Positions 63,173 to 64,000 of a stretch of 64,000 nucleotides of DNA are shown piece by piece; position 1 is the first letter of the stretch; each line of letters begins with the position of its first letter. The translations under genes were made by a program, and so were the position numbers. The notes under the pieces were generated by a model, which worked only from the letters and a program-made list of their open reading frames with translations, had not been told where the DNA came from and ran no database searches. The DNA is from Nitrospinaceae bacterium. Its GTDB lineage: Bacteria > Nitrospinota > Nitrospinia > Nitrospinales > Nitrospinaceae. Location of the stretch: positions 2,880,001 to 2,944,000 of the forward strand of contig OZ245011.1 of NCBI GenBank assembly GCA_965223665.1, written 5' to 3'.

Positions 63173-64000
63173 GATCATTAAGGTGGACTACCTGGCCCGG
63201 GTGGAAGGCGAAGGATCTCTTTTTATTAAAATTAATGAAGATACTATTGAGGATGTCCAATTGAAAATATTCGAACCTCCGCGATTTTTTGAAGCATTTT
63301 TAAGAGACAGGAATTTTTTAGAAGTTTCCGATATCAATGCGCGGATTTGTGGCATTTGTCCTGTTGCTTACCAAATGAGTACCGTCCATGCCATGGAAGA
63401 TATTCTTGGGATTCAACTTGAAGGTCCTCTGCGGGAATTACGCCGATTATTATATTGTGGCGAATGGATTGAAAGCCATGTGTTACATATTTTTATGCTT
63501 CATGCTCCAGATTTTTTGGGATATGAAGATTCTATTCGGATGGCAGAGGACCATAAAGAAATTGTTGAGCGTGGATTAAGAATGAAAAAAGCGGGCAATA
63601 GCATTGTAGCCTTGTTGGGAGGACGTGAAATTCATCCGATAAATGTGCGGGTGGGCGGTTTTTATAAAGTGTTTACCAAAAAAGAACTTCAAATTCTAGC
63701 TGAAGAATTAAAATGGGCACGGGATGCTGCTTTGGAGACTGTTCGATGGGCCAGTCAATTAACGTTTCCTGATTTTGAAAAAGATTACGAGTTTGTCGCG
63801 TTACATCATCCAGAGGAATATCCATTTAACGAAGGAAAATTAATTTCCAACAAAGGGTTAAATATTGAAGTTTCCGAATATGAGAACCATTTTGAAGAAG
63901 AACATGTTGAACGATCGACGGCTTTACATTCAATCCTTAAGGAACGCGGGGCTTATTTTGTCGGACCTATGGCGAGATTTAATCTGAACTTTGATCAACT
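63156..64000 (+). CDS. Group 3b [NiFe]-hydrogenase alpha (large) subunit, truncated by window end
   Basis: Manual translation [20 protein letters not shown]...EPPRFFE...[11 protein letters not shown] (RxCGxC L1 motif); absent from ORF track because no stop in window. Confidence 0.92.
   Translation, partial: MTKKSKIIKVDYLARVEGEGSLFIKINEDTIEDVQLKIFEPPRFFEAFLRDRNFLEVSDINARICGICPVAYQMSTVHAMEDILGIQLEGPLRELRRLLYCGEWIESHVLHIFMLHAPDFLGYEDSIRMAEDHKEIVERGLRMKKAGNSIVALLGGREIHPINVRVGGFYKVFTKKELQILAEELKWARDAALETVRWASQLTFPDFEKDYEFVALHHPEEYPFNEGKLISNKGLNIEVSEYENHFEEEHVERSTALHSILKERGAYFVGPMARFNLNFDQ

Overview
AT-rich bacterial chromosomal window that appears to span the replication origin. Gene content (hpnH, a PG-tethered cytochrome c, a Deltaproteobacteria-like type IV pilus cluster, a group 3b [NiFe]-hydrogenase) suggests a low-GC Nitrospinota-like organism; this taxonomy is inference only. 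Core genes: dnaA-[oriC]-gyrB-gyrA with dnaN/recF absent from their usual slot, serS followed by a dispersed tRNA chain (Ser-TGA, Ser-GCT, Arg-GCG, Ser-GGA), SRP RNA, dnaX-ebfC-recR-tRNA-Asn, a pilF-rodZ-pilT-pilT2-pilC-pilS cluster, sigma54-driven fliK-flgD-flgE, and nfnAB divergent from a hydrogenase operon cut by the window end. No CRISPR array, integrase or transposase was seen. Best leads read directly from the DNA: (1) a tandem pair of paralogous, unassigned secreted beta-rich proteins behind a sigma28-like promoter, followed by a terminator and a TPR lipoprotein (candidate new surface/fibre system); (2) tandem ModE-type boxes over the promoter of an alginate-export-family porin; (3) an A9/A-AAA-AAC slippery site with an internal SD 10 nt upstream in dnaX; (4) a tRNA-Arg with GCG rather than ACG anticodon; (5) a DnaA-trio unwinding module directly upstream of gyrB; (6) a CarH-type B12 photoreceptor; (7) a peptidoglycan-binding/haem c/cupredoxin-like fusion. 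Family calls come from motif recognition, not database searches.
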